Assembly (NCBI GenBank): GCA_002269645.1
Contig: NIVC01000639.1
Span: forward strand, 71,659 to 135,658
DNA length: 64,000 nucleotides
Source of the DNA: Macrostomum lignano
Taxonomy: Eukaryota
Direction of reading: 5' to 3'
Part shown: in pieces, positions 25,283 to 37,808 of the stretch
How the letters are laid out: every line of letters starts with the position of its first letter
Numbering within the stretch: position 1 is the stretch's first letter
Translations under genes and position numbers: made by a program
The notes under the pieces: model-generated
The model's database searches: none
Told to the model about the DNA's origin: nothing
Seen by the model: the letters and a program-made list of their open reading frames with translations, nothing else

Positions 25283-25735
25283 CATTCCACCTATGATTGA
25301 TGACCAACAAGCATTCCACCTACGACTGATGACCAACAAGCATTCCACATATGACTGATGACCAACAAGCATTCCACCTAATGACTGATGACCAACAAGC
25401 ATTCCACCCATGACCGATGAACTGATGACCAACAAGCATTCCACCTATGACCGATGAACTGATGACCAACAAGCATTCCATCTATGACTGATGACCAACA
25501 AGCATTCCACATATGACTGATGACCAACAAGCATTCCACATATGACTGATGACCAACAAGCATTCCACCTAATGACTGATGACCAACAAGCATTCCACTA
25601 TGACTGATGACCAACAAGCATTCCACTATGACTGATGACCAACAAGCATTCCACCTATGACTGATGACCAACAAGCATTCCACCTATGACCGATGAACTG
25701 ATGACCAATAAGCATTCCAGCTATGACCAACAAGC
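25283..25735. repeat. Minisatellite, about 29-bp unit TGATGACCAACAAGCATTCCACCTATGAC
   Basis: About 14 copies with length variants. Confidence 0.95.
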
Positions 25736-25944
25736 ACCCTACGCTCGATGACCAATAACATTGTCACCAGGGTTCGCAGATGCATGCATTGCTCCTATAA
25801 GGGTGCCAGGCAGGTTAGATGTGTACAGGAAAGGTCGAAGTGTGGCAAGACGTCTCTCCCAATAATCCCATGAAGTTAGGACCTTGCCTGGTTGCCCAGG
25901 CTGTGCTTAAGAGTACACAGCATACAGTACAATACAGCTCGTCT

Positions 25945-27582
25945 TCAGATCGGCGGTTCGAGTCTGCACAGCAATCTTAAACCGTCTGCGGCTGACGAAT
26001 TGACGGACTCAGTTGCTGCGACCGTCGGCTCGGCCAGCGTTTCATCGGCGGCGGGGGGAGGGCGACCGGCGGTCTGGTAGATTGGGCAGAAGGCGCCTTC
26101 GGGGCAGGCGCACAGCACAGTGCCACGCACCGCCCGGCCGGCCGGGCCCGCAGGCTCGAAGTAGCAGGGCGAACCCTGCTGGCAGACCGGCTGCGGGATG
26201 GTGGCTTTCTGGAGATCCATGCTCTGGACTAACCACCTCACCACCCAGCATGCTCTGGACTAACCACCTCACCACCCAGCATGCTCTGGACTAACCACCT
26301 CACCACCCAGCATGCTCTCAGTAAACGGCACCCAGCACGTCAACCATCAAGCTTCATGAGCGACGTTTTGTCAGCACTTAGAGCACTCCAATCTTGTCTT
26401 CATACGCAGCACACAACCAACCCACCTTGTCCTCGCACACAGCTCACTACCAACCCACCTTGTGTTCGCACACAGCTCACTACCAACCCACCTTGTCCTC
26501 GCACACAGCTCACTACCAACCCACCTTGTGTTCGCATACAGCTAACTACCAACCTACCTTGTCCTCGTACACAGCTCACTACCAACCCACCTTGTGTTCG
26601 CACACAGCTCACTACCAACCCACCTTGTCCTCGTACACAGCTCACTACCAACCCACCTTGTCCTCGTACACAGCTCACTACCAACCCACCTTGTGTTCGC
26701 ACACGAACTCCACAATCCGGCTGGCGGTGGCGACGCCCCGAGAGTCCGCCAGCTGCCTCTCATAGACAAAGCTGTGAACTGAGTTGCTGGGAGCTTCGGT
26801 TCCATTTCGCGGCGGACAGCGGCAAAGCACCGCCTGAAGGTCCAGCCACCAGCCGATCTGCCTCAGCTGGAAGGTCACCTGGTCCCGGCTGCAGGTTGGC
26901 AGCCCGACCGGGTAGACGGGGCTGCAGAATTGCAGCTGCATCTCGCTGTCTCGAACGCCTGAGCAGTGATGTGTGGGGGAAGCTTCTCAACCTTTCCTCC
27001 CCATCGAAACCTACCATGCTGCTTTCGATGCTTACTTGCCTCTTCTGTTAGTTTCAAATCATCTCAGACTCCTCTTGGACTCCATGATGACCACACAGTG
27101 CCCTTCAAGAGCGAAACCCTATGATTGACAGTGCCCTCCGAGAACATTACCCCATGACCAACAGTGCCCTCTGAAAACATTTCTCCGTGACCAACAGTGC
27201 CCTTCATGATCAGCAAAGCTCTCCATGAAAAACTCCTGGAGCCGCGCTCACCGCTAGCGCCGATCCACCTGACCGTGAGCGACGTGTCCGAGTGGCGCCA
27301 ACTTCTCTCGCAGTTGTTGCCAGGGGGACACCGGCAGCGGGACTCGGCGAAGATTCCGTCCCTGACGCCCAAGGCCGCGGCCACTTTGCCGCTCCAGAAA
27401 CCGCCACGCTCCAGGTGGGCACAGGGGCAGACGGCGCCGTTGCCCCGCGCCGCCGACGCGAGCAGCCGCTGTGGAGACTCGGGACTGTCGGCACCTCCTG
27501 CCTGCCGCAGCAGCGAAGCCACAAGCAGCAGCAGCAGCAGCTGACCGAGCGCCGGCTCTCCTCCGGAGGCTGCAAGCCGCAT
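25945..27582 (-). CDS. argos: Argos/giant-lens-like secreted protein, 3 exons, 287 aa, 16 Cys
   Basis: Exons 27582-27252, 26958-26690 and 26208-25945 join in frame through GT-AG sites (G|GTGAGC..CTCAG|GC, phase 1; AAG|GTGGGT..CTCCAG|AAA, phase 0); total 864 nt. Signal peptide, then three Cys modules: SRCRCPPGNNC..QFCSP (6 Cys), LPTCSRDQVTFQL..LCRCPPRN..EFVC (4 Cys), PVCQQGSPC..LCACPEGAFCP..LLC (6 Cys). These match the recalled Drosophila Argos motifs KMCQPVHKLPVC, HCRCPRN and RCQRKQPC..LCQCPKGHRCP. Confidence 0.75.
26218..26318. repeat. 31-bp unit x3 at the acceptor end of argos-like intron 2
   Basis: CATGCTCTGGACTAACCACCTCACCACCCAG repeated; the minus strand contains GTCCAG|AGC. Confidence 0.9.
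26409..26704. repeat. 33-bp minisatellite x9 built from the exon 2/intron 2 donor junction of the argos-like gene
   Basis: Minus-strand unit GTGTGCGAACACAAG|GTGGGTTGGTAGTGAGCT; the first copy is the real junction. Confidence 0.9.
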
Positions 27583-28169
27583 CACCCCCTGCTTTCTGGC
27601 CGCATCGAAGCCGGCAGAATCTCCGCTCAGAAAGTGCGCGAGGCGAAGCGGCGAGTTTTAAAATTAGAACTTCGAAACCGCCGGCAACCGAACCGCGACG
27701 CCAAGTCCCTTCCATCTTTATTTGCAGCTGCTGCACTTACGGCCGCAGCAGTTCTGGGGCAGGCGGCGGGGACAGACAGGAGCTGAAGGGTGCGGCGCGG
27801 ATGGAGGCCTAATCAGGATTCCGAGAAACGGCCTTAGGGGGTTGCCGGAACCTCCGCCGTCCTGCAGTCCTGCCCCGACCCCTCCCTCGGCGTCCTGAAG
27901 TAGCCATGCAGGCTGGAGAGGGACAGAGGGCGAAGGGGCTGAGGAGTGAAGGGCGCTATTGAGGGAGGAGGAATCTTCAGCCTTCCCCACACGCCAAAGC
28001 TGCCTGCCGCAGCGGCAATCTGCTGCTTGGAGTCTTCTGCTTCTACTATTTCTCTCGCCTGCGCCTTCTGTGCCGCCGAATCTGCCGCTGCTGCCTTCCG
28101 GCTCTGATCTCGGATTATGGATTAACTTCGGGCTTATCTCGTTAGCTGTCTTTTCCGGACCGCCCCCTG

Positions 28170-28920
28170 TCCATCTCTGACCGCCTGTCCCCCTTGTTTG
28201 GCCCTGCTTCACCTCCATCTCTGACCGCCTGTCCCCCTTGTTTGTCCTTGCTTCACCTCCATCTCTGACCGCCTGTCCCCCTTGTTTGTCCTTGCTTCAC
28301 CTCCATCTCTGACCGCCTGTCCCCCTTGTTTGTCCCTGCTTCAACTCCATCTCTGACCGTCTGTCCCCCTTGTTTGTCCCTGCTTCACCTCCATCTCTGA
28401 CCGCCTGTCCCCCTTGTTTGTCCTTGCTTCACCTCCATCTCTGACCGCCTGTCCCCCTTGTTTGTCCTTGCTTCACCTCCATCTCTGACCGCCTGTCCCC
28501 CTTGTTTGGCCCTGCTTCACCTCCATCTCTGACCGCCTGTCCCCCTTGTTTGTCCTTGCTTCACCTCCATCTCTGACCGCCTGTCCCCCTTGTTTGTCCT
28601 TGCTTCACCTCCATCTCTGACCGCCTGTCCCCCTTGTTTGTCCCTGCTTCAACTCCATCTCTGACCGTCTGTCCCCCTTGTTTGTCCCTGCTTCACCTCC
28701 ATCTCTGACCGCCTGTCCCCCTTGTTTGTCCCTGCTTTACCTCCATCTCTGACCGCCTGTCCCCCTTGTTTGTCCCTGCTTCAACTCCATCTCTGACCGC
28801 CTGTCCCCCTTGTTTGTCCCTGCTTCAACTCCATCTCTGACCACCTGTCCCCCTTGTTTGTCCCTGCTTCACCTCCATTTCTGACCGCCTGTCCCCCTTG
28901 TTTGTCCCTGCTTCACCTCC
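28170..28920. repeat. 44-bp pyrimidine-rich minisatellite, about 17 copies
   Basis: Unit CCATCTCTGACCGCCTGTCCCCCTTGTTTGTCCTTGCTTCACCT. Confidence 0.95.
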
Positions 28921-28937
28921 AGCTATGAACGGCTGAG

Positions 28938-28949
28938 CGTCTGTCTGTA

Positions 28950-29030
<81 letters not shown>

Positions 29031-29058
29031 GCCTGTCTGCCTGTCTCTCTGTCTGATC
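28938..29058. repeat. (GTCT)n microsatellite
   Basis: Read directly. Confidence 0.97.
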
Positions 29059-29854
29059 CGTGTATTCTATTTTTAATTTTCAGCCTTCCTCTCCCGTCAG
29101 GAGAGCCCTTAGTCAGTCCAGGCATCCCCAAGCAGTCCTGACGCCGAGGAAGGCCCGAGCTCTCTGCCGCTTAGCCTCGAAATGCCTGCCTTGTTTGGCC
29201 AGGAAAATCCTCTTAACGGATTATCGCGTCTTCCTCGCCCAAAAGAGGATTTTTATCCCTCCGAGCCACAGGGGCGGCTCCGGCGGAAAGAAATTGAAGA
29301 CGCATTAGCGCAGCTTCTGCACATCTCAGCCAGTCGGACTTTCGTCTCCCATCTTATAAAAGAATTTCTCCTGAATGAAGCTACTTTTTGGTGTATTAGG
29401 GAGGGAGCAATGATTGGGAGGCTGATTGAAGCTCAACATCAAATGGGAGCAGGCGGGAATCTCAAGAAGACAGCGGAGACTCAGCCGTAGGGGCAATTTT
29501 CTGCTCTTAGGCATGAGCATGCATGGCCGGGTTTGAGTTCGATTGCTCTGATTTAGAGATAGAGATAGAGGATGGAGATAGGGGGATACAGATAGGGAAT
29601 AATGATAGGGGATAGAGATAGAGAGATAGAGATAGGGAGGGGGCAGAAATAGGGGGTAGAAATAGGGAGTAGAAATAGGGGGTGGAGATACCTACATCTC
29701 TATGCAAGGACAAAGATGATGTCAGTGGGGAACCATTGAGAGATAGGAAATCAGGTAAATAAATAGAGGCCGCAGCGAACGAACACCCGGCCAGATCAGG
29801 TCGGCATTTCCTATTGTAAGGGCAAGAGGAACGAACCAGCTTTTCATGTGCGGC

Positions 29855-29985
29855 CTGGCTTTGATCTGGCCATGGGACTGCACTGGGATTCGGTTGCCTG
29901 GCTTTGATCTGGCCATGGGACTGCACTGGGATTCGGCGGCCTGGCTTTGATCTGGCCATGGGACTGCACTGGGATTCGGCGGCCG
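29855..29985. repeat. 43-bp unit x3
   Basis: CCTGGCTTTGATCTGGCCATGGGACTGCACTGGGATTCGG(T/C)(T/G)G repeated. Confidence 0.9.
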
Positions 29986-29989
29986 AATC

Positions 29990-31106
29990 CAATGAGTCTA
30001 TTAACTCTCCAATGAGTCTACTCACTCTCCAATGAGTCTACTCACTCTCCAATGAGTCTATTCACTCTCCATTGAGTCTATTCACTCTCCAATGAGTCTA
30101 TTCACTCTCCATTGAGTCTATTCACTCTCAAATACGTCTGTTCACTCTCCATTGAGTCTATTCACTCTCCGGTGAGTTTATTCACTCTCCAATGAGTCTA
30201 TTCACTCTCAAATACGTCTGTTCACTCTCCTATGAGTATATTCACTCTCCATTGAGTCTATTCACTCTCCAATAAGTGTATTCACTCTCCATTGAGTCTA
30301 TTCACTCTCCAATAAGTGTATTCACTCTCCATTGAGTCTATTCACTCTCCATTGAGTCTATTCACTCTCAAATACGTCTGTTCACTCTCCTATGATTCTA
30401 TTCACTCTCCATTGAGTCTATTCACTCTCCATTGAGTCTATTCACTCTCCAATAAGTGTATTCACTCTCCATTGAGTCTATTCACTCTCCAATGAGTCTA
30501 TTCACTCTCCAATGAGCCTATTCACTCTCCAATGAGTCTATTCACTCTCCGATGAGTCTATTCACTCTCCAATGAGTCTTTTCACTCTCCAATGAGTCTT
30601 TTCACTCTCCAATGAGTCTATTCACTCTCCAATGAGTCTTTTCACTCTCCGATGAGTCTATTCACTCTCCAATGAGTCTTTTCACTCTCCAATGAGTCTA
30701 TTCACTCTCCGATGAGTCTATTCACTCTCCAATGAGTCTTTTCACTCTCCAATGAGTCTTTTCACTCTCCAATGAGTCTATTCACTCTCCAATGAGTCTT
30801 TTCACTCTCCAATGAGTATTTTCACTCTCCGATGAGTCTATTCACTCTCCGATGAGTCTATTCACTCTCCGATGAGTCTATTCACTCTCCAATGAGTCTT
30901 TTCACTCTCCAATGAGTCTTTTCATTCTCCAATGAGTCTATTCACTCTCCAATGAGTCTTTTCACTCTCCGATGAGTCTATTCACTCTCCGATGAGTCTA
31001 TTCACTCTCCGATGAGTCTATTCACTCTCCGATGAGTCTATTCACTCTCCGATGAGTCTATTCACTCTCCGATGAGTCTATTCACTCTCCAATGAGTCTA
31101 TTCACT
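29990..31106. repeat. 20-bp minisatellite TTCACTCTCCAATGAGTCTA, about 55 copies
   Basis: Exact 20-bp phase with point variants. Confidence 0.97.
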
Positions 31107-31484
31107 CAATCGATGCACGTACCCTCTGAACAATATTTTTACTTTCCAAACCAGCCTTTTTGCTTTTAACACCATTCATTCAGTATAAAATGATTTTATG
31201 CACTCGCAAGCAGTCCCTTCACTGCCGGAGTCGCTCCATTCACTGCATCAATCGATTCCAGCTCTCCAACCAGAGCCGCTGCATCCATTAGCAAATGCTG
31301 GCAAAGTCTCCCCAAGCCAGAATTCATAGAGGCGGGCCATTTGAGAAGTGCTCAGCCTCCACCGCCTTCATCCTGGCAGGAGATCGAGGCCGCCTCGCGA
31401 TTGGACCGCTCTCCATCAACCTCATACTTTGGCCTGATAGCTTGAGCCCCGAGTCTTGGGTCCCGGGGTTCGAGTCTCTGCACG

Positions 31485-31487
<3 letters not shown>

Positions 31488-31534
<47 letters not shown>
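31488..31534. repeat. (TC)n microsatellite in a GC-rich island
   Basis: Read directly. Confidence 0.95.
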
Positions 31535-31539
<5 letters not shown>

Positions 31540-32149
31540 TTCCGCTTGGAAGCCGCACAGACCGGAGCTGCTGCGGAGCCGGCGGCCGCTTCCAGTTGAT
31601 CGCCAACGGGCCGTTCTGGACCGCCGCAGGAGCCGCCCGCGAAGTGAGCGGCCTAATTGCATTAGCCAGGCGGGAGCAGCGATGGAGAGGGGGGGAGCGG
31701 GCATTCGAATCCCCGAGTCAGCCCCCCCCCCCACCTTGGCTGCTATGCTCCAACAGGGAAAGTCCGCAGGGAAAGCGCATGCAGGAGATTTTGCTCTGCC
31801 GATCAGAGTTCAAAGTTTTCGTGCGTTATTTTTTGTTTAAATAAGGCCCGAGTCGTGTGCAATTTACTTTGGCAGATCTCGCTGAGTCCGGCTTGGAGCC
31901 GGCGCAGCGCTCTGCACTTTTAATTCCTTCCAGCTCATTGGGATTAAGCACGCACGAAGTGCTTGAGCAACTTCACAGGACTGCCCGGTGTGATAGGAAT
32001 TAATGCGTGGATTTTATCAAACATTCAGGGAATTCGGTCTGCATTCGATAACCCACTGGTGTTCGGGTTGTTAATCTTATTAACATGTAAGTGATCGGAT
32101 CCACTTGGGTGATTAAATATATAGTGAAGTGATTCGATCCACTAACTGG

Positions 32150-33165
32150 AGTTGTGAGATTTATTAGATGATGAGTGATTAGATCTACTGGAGTGATTAG
32201 ATCTACTGGGGGTTGATTAAATCCACTGGGTTGATTAGATCTACTGGGTTGATTAGATCTACTGGGTTGATTAGATCTACTGGGTGATTGGATCTACTGA
32301 GTATTGATTAGATCTACTGGGTTGATTATATCTACTGGGTTAAGATCTACTGGGTGATTGGATCTACGGAGTATTGATTAGATCTACTGGGGGTTGATTA
32401 GATCTACTGGGGTGATTAGATCTACTGGGTTTAGATCCACTGGCTGATTAGATGTACCGGGGGTTGATTAGATCTACTGGGCTTAGATCTACTGGGTGAT
32501 TAGATATACTGGGGGTTGATTAGATCTACTGGGCTTAGATCTACTGGGTCGATTAGATCGACTGGGGGTTGATTAGATCTACTGGGCTTAAATCTACAGG
32601 GTGATTGAATCTACTGGGTTGATTAGATCGACTGGGGGTTGATTAGATCTACTGGGCTTAAATCTACAGGGTGATTAGATCTACTGGGTTGATTAGATCT
32701 ACTGGATGATTAGATCTACTGGGTGATTAGATCTACTGGATGATTAGATCTACTGGGGGTTGATTAGATCTACTGGGTGATTAGATCTACTGGGTGATTA
32801 GATCGACTGGGGGCTGATTAGATCTACTGGGCTTAGATCTACTGGGTGATTAGATCTACTGGGGGTTGATTAGATCTACTGGGTTGATTAGATCGACTGG
32901 GGTGATTAGATCTACTGGGTGATTAGATCTACTGGGTGATTAGATCTACTGGGTGATTAGATCTACTGGGGTGATTAGATCTACTGGGTTGATTAGATCG
33001 ACTGGGGTGATTAGATCTACTGGGCTTATAACTACTGGGTGATTAGATCTACTGGGTGATTAGATCTACTGGGTGATTAGATCTACTGGATGATTAGATA
33101 TACTGGGGGTTGATTAGATCTACTGGGGGTTGATTAGATCTACTGGGGTTGATTAGACCGACTGT
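32150..33165. repeat. Variable 15-21-bp minisatellite around GATTAGATCTACTGGG
   Basis: Core AGATCT palindrome with a variable G-run. Confidence 0.93.
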
Positions 33166-33542
33166 AATTACCTTTGTGGTGGCTGGTTTAATTTAGCAAA
33201 ATTTACCCGGTTCCAGTTCATTTTATTGGGCATTTAATTAATCAACGACAGCAGTTAATGGAGGTGCGAACAGTTTCTGTCTCAGCGCAGCCTTGTGCCC
33301 TGGTTTCTGACTGTCTCAGCTCTCAGTCTAGTTTATAGCTCAGAGCAAGCGGTTTATGCGGGCTAATTTACAGGCAGAGCGATCGAGCGAGACTTTTGCA
33401 AATTTAAGCAATAGAAAAAATAATGAGTGCCAGTGTATGCTTATTCCATGCCTTAAACATTCAGTGCAAAGCAGTTAAACTCGAAAGCGCTGAAGCTTGT
33501 GGCGCTTCGGCTCCAAACTTCCAGTCAGAAAATTCACCCAGC

Positions 33543-33972
33543 TCAAACACAGCCGTCGTCGAGATTTGCCGCTGCTTGATGAAGCTGATCAGCTGCTCCG
33601 GCGGCGGCTGCTGTGGAAGTCGCTGAAGCTGCCGTCGTTGCCGCAGCCTCGGCTTCAGGCGGCTCTTCCATGGTGGCCAGCTCGGCCTGCAGAATGGCGC
33701 GGGCCCGCTTGAAGCTGCCGGCCTGGCGGAGCAGGCTGGCGCCCTCCGCCGCCTCCTCCGGCGGCTCCTCGGCGGCGTCCTTCGGCAGCAGCGAGCGCGG
33801 CAGCTCTGCGTCGGTCTCCAGCGGCACGGAGGTCTGGCTGAGCACCACCCGGTTGGCGGCCGAGTCCGTGGAGATGAGCTCAGCCGAGTTGCAGAATGAC
33901 ACTTTGCGGCGGCAGTGCGAGGCCGCCTGCTGCTGCTCTTGCCGCTCCTGCCGGCTACCGCTTCTCATGCTC

Positions 33973-34018
<46 letters not shown>

Positions 34019-34080
34019 GGTTTCTCCTCTGCAGCGATTTTGCTCTGTCGAGTAGAATTGCTTTGGGCCGCGCCTGTCTC
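33543..34080 (-). CDS. Probable coding exon of unknown function (poly-Ser, RKVSF motif, Ala/Glu-rich)
   Basis: Open frame from about 34080 to a TGA at 33543, with GC-rich codon usage like the neighbouring genes and a possible acceptor upstream. No family recognised. Confidence 0.4.
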
Positions 34081-35806
34081 TGCTAATATCGACCAGCTCA
34101 GCCCGTGTGCCCAGCATTTCGGCCGTGCACGGCTCATGTACGGAAGCCTCACCGGTTCATTATTGGTTCGAGCGAAGGCTGACCAATGTCGATTGGAGCA
34201 CTTTGGATTTTTCTTACCTTATGCTTATAGTATTTGCTGGCTATTCCAGGGCATAATCTATATGCTATAGAGCCGGCTGCAGTTGGGTGTGACCGTGCAG
34301 GAAACCGATTGAGCTGAATCCTCTAGATCTGCGAATGAACTTGGATTAATTTTACTCACTGTCGTCAGTGCACCATCGTCGACTCGATCGGAGAGGAAGT
34401 GAGAGTGATCGAGTGTAGTGTATGCGGCTCATTGTGTGAAATCCGGATTGGCCGCGTGCCGTGGTCAGCTCTAATACATATGTATATCTTAATGTTCGTA
34501 CATGCACACTGCATAATTCTTTATTACATTGATAGAATTCCACTTCTCCATATACATAAACATCAAGAATCCGACTATACATGGCTTCCATGCGATGACG
34601 TTGCGAGGGTACAATACCAGATGCATGCAGTACCATGCATTAACTTATCTTCAGAAGTTCAGAACCGACGATCTTAACCGACGTAGAGGCGACAAACTAC
34701 ACTTAGCATGTGAATGGTCGTGCGGTTTCATAGGCCAGTTATGCCCACAATATTGACAACTAGGACATCGATTTCAACTTCAATATAAACTTTTTTCCTG
34801 AAACAGCATGAATGTATGTATTGACATTAGAGCTTGAATACGCGTAGTATCAAAGCATGAAAGGCTATTCAGAATTTTAATGGACATTATATTGACCCAA
34901 GAAGGCAAATAATTATGTTTATGTACATGTATAGCACGACGTACGAACATATCACATTTGCAGGTTTTATTTATAATATAATATCATGCTTCGTAGATCA
35001 AACTTGTCTAAATCTTGTTATTAATATATATTTCCTGCAATAAAAAATAAAAGTGTATAAAGTACCTCACGAAATCTTACTAAAATTTAAAGAAAATTAA
35101 ATCATATTATATTTTTTAATTTAAAAAATCAATTATTATTATCAGAAAAATATCTGAATTGAAAACATTAGGCAATAAGAGATCATTTTTTGTTTATTTT
35201 TTGAATAGCATCAAAAATTTCAATTCTGTTAAAATAAGATTTTTAAAAGTAGAAACAAAAAGTAGGACGACCGACGCTCCTCCTTCTCATACATCAAAGG
35301 CACGCTAGCACAATTAGAAGAATCGGGCGATATCTTTAAAATACTACTAAATAAAGTGCTTTTTTTCAATAATTAAACATGTCATCTCTACTGCATCTTC
35401 AAACGACAGGCCCACTTTTGTAAGTGTACCCTTTTTAGCATGATAGGCCTAGTTGGGCTGGGCCTACCCTGCCATTGACAATTGTCATTAGTATTACATC
35501 TTACATGTTATTAAACTTTTTTGGAAGATCAAGCAAATATTTTGTAAAACCTGAATAGGTTTTGATTGCTTCTCTTTTATAGCTTTGCATTTTTATATGT
35601 ATTTTATAAGTCTATTTTTGCAAGTTAAGCTAGCCTATTGTCAATTGCAGTTTTTATTAATCTTTTTATCTTTTACCAACTTTTACCATAAATAATTTCT
35701 ATGCCCATAATATGTATTTGTAGCTTTTTAATTCTTTATTTATTCATATAAATAAAAAATGCACTTTTTAATATTTTACCTACACCATACTCAGGAAGGT
35801 TACATA

Positions 35807-36330
35807 TAAGCCGGAATTTTCCGGCGTACCATTGAAAAGTTTGGCTATTTTGGCGTACCACTTTGGCGTACCACTTTGAGCTCAAGAAATTTTTGGCATA
35901 CCAATTTTGGTAAATAAATTCATGCTGTGTATAAAAATTGTCATGTAAATTAACCCTTTTTAGTTTTCACGTAAAATGAAGGAAAATTTGTATACCGTAT
36001 AGTCTAGAAAGTACGTGATAAATTTTTGCTTTTTAAAAATTAACAATGAATAAAACTTGCATAAATTATTGCTAAGAATGTAAATTTTGCATTCTTTTTT
36101 CTATAGGTTTAATTTAAGTTTGTTTAAATTGACAAATTTCCAAAAGCCTTTCTTAGAAAACTCTACTCGTGAAAACTGAATGACCTTTTTAGGAGGAATT
36201 TTTGGTGTACATTTTAGGGATTTTTTTTGTTTTTGGCGTACACTGGCATACATTTAGCTGAGATAGGATTCTTGCTCCGGCGTACACTATTACATGATCC
36301 GAACCGTGGTACCCACAATACCTAAATTAA
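35807..36330 (-). mobile_element. Dispersed non-autonomous element with terminal hairpin GCCGGAAAATTCCGGC, copy 1
   Basis: Segments match 48350-48935 in inverted orientation (e.g. AAAACTCTACTCGTGAAAACTGAATGACCTTTTT versus its reverse complement near 48760-48800); repeated GGCGTACC motifs. Confidence 0.55.
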
Positions 36331-37722
36331 AATAGTTAAAACCTTTTGCTTTGGGGCTTTGCAGCAATGCCTAAAGAGTTGGTCTTATGGCTTAAATGCA
36401 TGGGGTCCACAAAAACTTTTTTGCATTTTTACCAATACTTTTTATAGTGACTTGACATTTTGTTGGCATGCACTAAAATGTAAAAGTGAATATAGAAGTC
36501 AATGCAAAATGTTTGCTTAAATACAGAAGATCCCATTGGAGCAAATAAGGATTTTTGCAGATAGTGTCTGGCGCACTTATGAAAAATTGCCTACACAGCT
36601 ACTAGAAAGAAATTATGTCTGTAACATTAGTGTATAGATATATAATAAGTAGTACACCCTTGTGCCCCTGCACTAGCATCTTTTGTCTTATATGCTTTAT
36701 AAATTTATGTTTTATAATACATTTACATGTATAATTTGCCACCTGATTAGAATGATTGCATGTTTGCACTCTTTTTCTTAAAACCAATAGTATATCTCCA
36801 CCCCTAGCAAGAATGTCCATAACTTTTTAAAATTCATTCCAATAAGCCCCCTAAGAGGAAGAATATTTTCCTAAATTATACTTATATTATAGAAGCAAAT
36901 GCAGATATTAATAATCTAAATTGTGCAAATGGCTATCAGACAAGCTCACAAGCAATGATTTATGACCCTAAAAATAGCAAATCATATAGCTCACTAGAGT
37001 GAATTTGGAGAGAATCACTGGAGTGAGTGAGCAGTGAGTTTTATGTTGGGATGAGTGCTGTTCAAAATGTCTAAGAATCGGCTATAGTCAGTCCCTTCGT
37101 TGAAAACCAAAAGAGTGTTATCAACATATCTCTTATAGAATTTAGGGGCCACATCATTCTTCATCCATTCCTCTTCCTAATGAGCCAGACAAAGATTGGC
37201 CAAGGTGGGGGCTAAAGGGCTCCCCATGGCACAGCCGTCAATCTGCCGGTAAAGCTTATTCTGAAACATGAAGATTCTGTTAGTGGCAAAGATGAGGAGT
37301 CTGCAGAAAGTTTCTTTGTCCAAATCTGGTTTCGAATATTGGAACACAGTATCAGTGGCAAGGTTAATAGCAAACTCCAGCGGAATGTTAGTAAATAAAG
37401 AAACAATGTCAAAACTATAGAGCACTTCATTTTGATTAAATTTGGTAGTTCTTAAAGATTGCAGTAACTGTCTATTAGAATTAACTTGATGATCCTACAG
37501 AATATGTGGCTTGATAAGCTTGTCAAGGTATTTAGCAATTTCATATTCAGTAGTATTGATCATAGAAACAATTGGTCTAAGGGGCTTCTCTGGTTTGTGG
37601 ACCTTACAAGTTCCATACAACTGCCCAGGTTGACTCCCACAAGGATTTAAGGCTTATAGGTGCAGCTGTCCACAAACTTTTTGACCTTCTCACAAAAAAA
37701 TTTTTGAATTTTATGTTCATTC

Positions 37723-37808
37723 CACAGAACTTACACAGAATGCTCAATCAGCAATTTAATGAAATTAAACTGCGTAGAAACAGATATGCATTGTGTGTAA
37801 GTTCTGTG
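37723..37808. mobile_element. 86-bp MITE with 15-bp TIR and 8-bp TSD (hAT-like), inserted in the Penelope RT
   Basis: TIR CACAGAACTTACACA / TGTGTAAGTTCTGTG; TSD GTTCATTC at 37715-37722 and 37809-37816. Confidence 0.85.

Noticed and set aside
25283-25735. Hammerhead array suggested by repeated CTGATGA
   Set aside because: No stem II or GAAA core follows in any copy.
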